A stretch of DNA of 64,000 nucleotides from Flectonema sp. DT1601. Lineage: Eukaryota. The position numbers and the translations under genes were made by a program. Within the stretch, counting starts at the first letter, position 1, and every line of letters begins with the position of its first letter. The DNA is taken from the NCBI GenBank assembly GCA_964019425.1, contig OZ025792.1:1240001-1304000 (forward strand), in the 5' to 3' direction. The notes below the pieces were generated by a model. It ran no database searches, was not told the origin of the DNA, and was given only the letters and a program-made list of their open reading frames with translations. Positions 61,701-64,000 of this stretch are shown piece after piece.

Positions 61701-61786
61701 GGTAACTTTCGTATTAACGATAGCACATCACCACAACCAGGTACAGCAACCTCATCGGCTTCAGCAGCCTTTATAAAACCAACCAT
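58703..61786 (-). CDS. Divergent eIF4E-domain protein with a long charged stalk and C-terminal TM anchor, about 995 aa, 2 exons (59864-61786, 58703-59767)
   Basis: A 96-nt intron (59768-59863; GTATGT...ATACAG) joins the 648-aa and 290-aa ORFs in frame (KKLIH|ERLQAQ). eIF4E-like motifs WNFWL, GEFSTVPGF, MFRKKAKPM, GGKW, LWYSLVLAVVTG, VIGV and EMWL. Terminal hydrophobic helix. Confidence 0.75.
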
Positions 61787-61925
61787 TATTATTGTTTAGA
61801 CCTAAAAACAAGAAATGTATTAAAGGTTACAGTTGAAATAAAGTAATTGCTGTCTTTTAAACTGAATACAATAACAAGTTGGAATAAAAAATAAAATAAT
61901 ATAATCTAACTAACTAATAATGGAT

Positions 61926-62966
61926 CTACTCTTCTGATTTCATAGGAATAGATTCCTGTGATGGAGGAACACCAGTCTTGCTACTCGCTAATTCAATCTT
62001 AGCGGATGTTAAATCTGCCTTTGTAGAATCATGAGCACTACGCTGTGATTCAAATGCTTCAGTTGTTTGAATTATGTCATCTCTTAGAGATACCAGTTTT
62101 TGTTTAACTCTCGCCATAGCAGACTCATTTGAACCCCTCACAGCAGGTTGAAGACTTGTCTTTGTGTTTAATGTATCAGTCTTTTGAGAGAGTGATTTAA
62201 TGGTTGCTTTTTTCTGATCAACTTCTTGAGAATAAATTGCTGTTTTTGAATGGACTTCAGATAAGAATCTTGATAAGGCTGTATCAGCCTGATCATTATT
62301 CTCCTTCGGGAGGATGGCTGCTTCAGTGATGGTAGTGGAGCCTCGGGAAATAACCCAAGTTGGAATTGGTATTTTACTTGGCTTTGTACGCTCATTATGA
62401 ATATATTGAGTCACCTCGTCCATTATTTGTTTACACGCATTGTAAGAGTCTGGTTCTCTATATCTCTGAGGTGAGAATTGATTACCTTGTTGTGGACTAC
62501 TAGGTAACGGTACAGTAGGTGGTGTAACTGTAGACATTGTTGATAAAGGTATAGCTGTCCTACCAACTGGATGATGTGGTGGATCTGTTCCTGCATGGAT
62601 TGTGGATTTATTTCCTATCTTTGCTCTCGCAGCCATCAATTCCGTCGCTAAAAAGTTAACGTCACCAGCTAGTCTTCTGACTTGATAGCATTGAGAATAC
62701 TTCTCCCAAAGTAATTTTAAATGTTGATTTTCAATACAACCTCTGCCTGACTTCTCTTCAGCAGCAATCCTTCCCTTTCCTTCTTCTGATAATCTACTTC
62801 TGAGAATAGCTAGCTCCGCATTCATTACCGAAACTTTCATTTCAGCGCTACTACTTGTTCGTTTTGATAAACCTGCAATTGGGACTGGGTCTGTACTGAA
62901 ACTAGTCTTCCGTGAGAATTCAGTTACAGGACTCGTTGGTGTTTCCATCGTACTCGGACTCGTCAT
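61926..62966 (-). CDS. Hypothetical coiled-coil / low-complexity protein
   Basis: 346-aa ATG-initiated ORF on the gene-cluster strand with no recognised domain. Confidence 0.65.
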   Translation of the reverse strand: MTSPSTMETPTSPVTEFSRKTSFSTDPVPIAGLSKRTSSSAEMKVSVMNAELAILRSRLSEEGKGRIAAEEKSGRGCIENQHLKLLWEKYSQCYQVRRLAGDVNFLATELMAARAKIGNKSTIHAGTDPPHHPVGRTAIPLSTMSTVTPPTVPLPSSPQQGNQFSPQRYREPDSYNACKQIMDEVTQYIHNERTKPSKIPIPTWVISRGSTTITEAAILPKENNDQADTALSRFLSEVHSKTAIYSQEVDQKKATIKSLSQKTDTLNTKTSLQPAVRGSNESAMARVKQKLVSLRDDIIQTTEAFESQRSAHDSTKADLTSAKIELASSKTGVPPSQESIPMKSEE

Positions 62967-63592
62967 ATTTTATAACTCTTGATAAAAATAAAATTAAAAC
63001 AACTAATGTCACAATGTACGTATTCCAATCATATAAAGTCAACACCGCATGAGCGAAGAAACCAAAAAAAAAATAGGTCACCAGGAGCTCTGTTATACTC
63101 ACACGATGTTGCCGTACGGAGATAAAAAGAGAAGAAAAAATAATTGTTGCAAAAAAACCCGAGATGCATCGAATTTGATGAAACCAAAAAAAAAAAAAGA
63201 AAAAATGCAGCAGGCTGATTGCAGGCTGATTTGGAAAAATAACTAGAGTGGAAGTAATAAAACTAAACAGGCGAGTTCCTCGAATTTAGGTACAAAACCC
63301 GAATAAGAGATCAGCAGTTTTTATAACAGAAAAAGAAAGCAAGCTCTCAAAAGGAATATGCTTGAAACAAATATGTAATATATTTCTTTTTTTTTTTTTT
63401 TTTTTTTTTGTTCTTTTCTAATACTGCGGCTCTCAGATGAGAATAATGCACGCAGGTTTACAAAATATCTTAATTTCATAATCTTGTTAAAAATAGTAAG
63501 AAAAACAAATAAGCAACGCGAATATCTACATAACGAAACTGTTCAGTTTCAAGGCGTGAGTGCAGTAATGATGTGAAGTTATGTTTTAATTT

Positions 63593-64000
63593 TTATGCGG
63601 CAGAGGCCAGGTTGTTTGTTTTCATCTGAGCCATCTTCGCAGCATCAGCAGCCCCATCACCACAAGGAGTAATTCCGTAGTTCTTAACTAAGAAATCAAC
63701 CAGGTTTGGAGTTAAGAAAGCTGGAAGCTTTGGTCCAAGATGTATGTTCTTAATGTCAAGGTGAAGTAGTGTAAGAAGTACAGCTACTGCTTTCTGCTCA
63801 AACCAAGAGACTCCAAAGTGAATTGGTAAATCATTTACAGATCCAGCACCCAAGGCGTCTTTCAAAGCCAAGGCTACCCGGACTGCTCCGTAGGCGTCGT
63901 TACACTGACCGACATCGAGCATACGAGGGATGCCACTGTTCCCAATTTCTCCAAATGGAAGCTGATTAAATCTAAACTTACCACATCCAAGTGTTAATAT
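63593..64000 (-). CDS. hcp: Hybrid cluster protein (prismane / hydroxylamine reductase), 3' part only; runs off the window
   Basis: LGCGKFRFN...[13 protein letters not shown] and NDLP...[16 protein letters not shown]...[12 protein letters not shown] are diagnostic HCP C-terminal motifs. Confidence 0.93.
   Translation of the reverse strand: MLTLGCGKFRFNQLPFGEIGNSGIPRMLDVGQCNDAYGAVRVALALKDALGAGSVNDLPIHFGVSWFEQKAVAVLLTLLHLDIKNIHLGPKLPAFLTPNLVDFLVKNYGITPCGDGAADAAKMAQMKTNNLASAA

Noticed and set aside
1..64000. tRNA, rRNA, CRISPR arrays, transposase or reverse transcriptase genes
   Set aside because: None recognised; repeats are limited to microsatellites, homopolymers and the tandem duplication.

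Overview
AT-rich eukaryotic (protist) genomic DNA. Every credible protein-coding gene in the 64 kb (about 22) lies on the minus strand, and many carry short (64-99 nt) GT-AG introns. This pattern suggests a euglenozoan directional gene cluster, more diplonemid-like than trypanosomatid-like (inference). The window holds a RalGAP-alpha-like protein, a Mid1/NALF-like cysteine-rich protein, ArfGAP2/3, a bacterial-type NADP glutamate dehydrogenase, FHIP, a BAG6-like UBL protein, a Cys-based RNA triphosphatase, a stand-alone ABC ATPase, an FKBP, a PqiA-domain membrane protein, and a ~4,800-aa DNAH10-like dynein with an N-terminal SPRY domain. It also holds a near-identical ~5.57-kb tandem duplication of a GC-rich metE + old yellow enzyme cassette, and the 3' end of a hybrid-cluster protein gene. 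The most striking item appears only after splicing: a ~995-aa protein joining a degenerate eIF4E domain, a long charged stalk and a C-terminal transmembrane anchor. All family assignments come from motif recognition by eye; no database searches were run.
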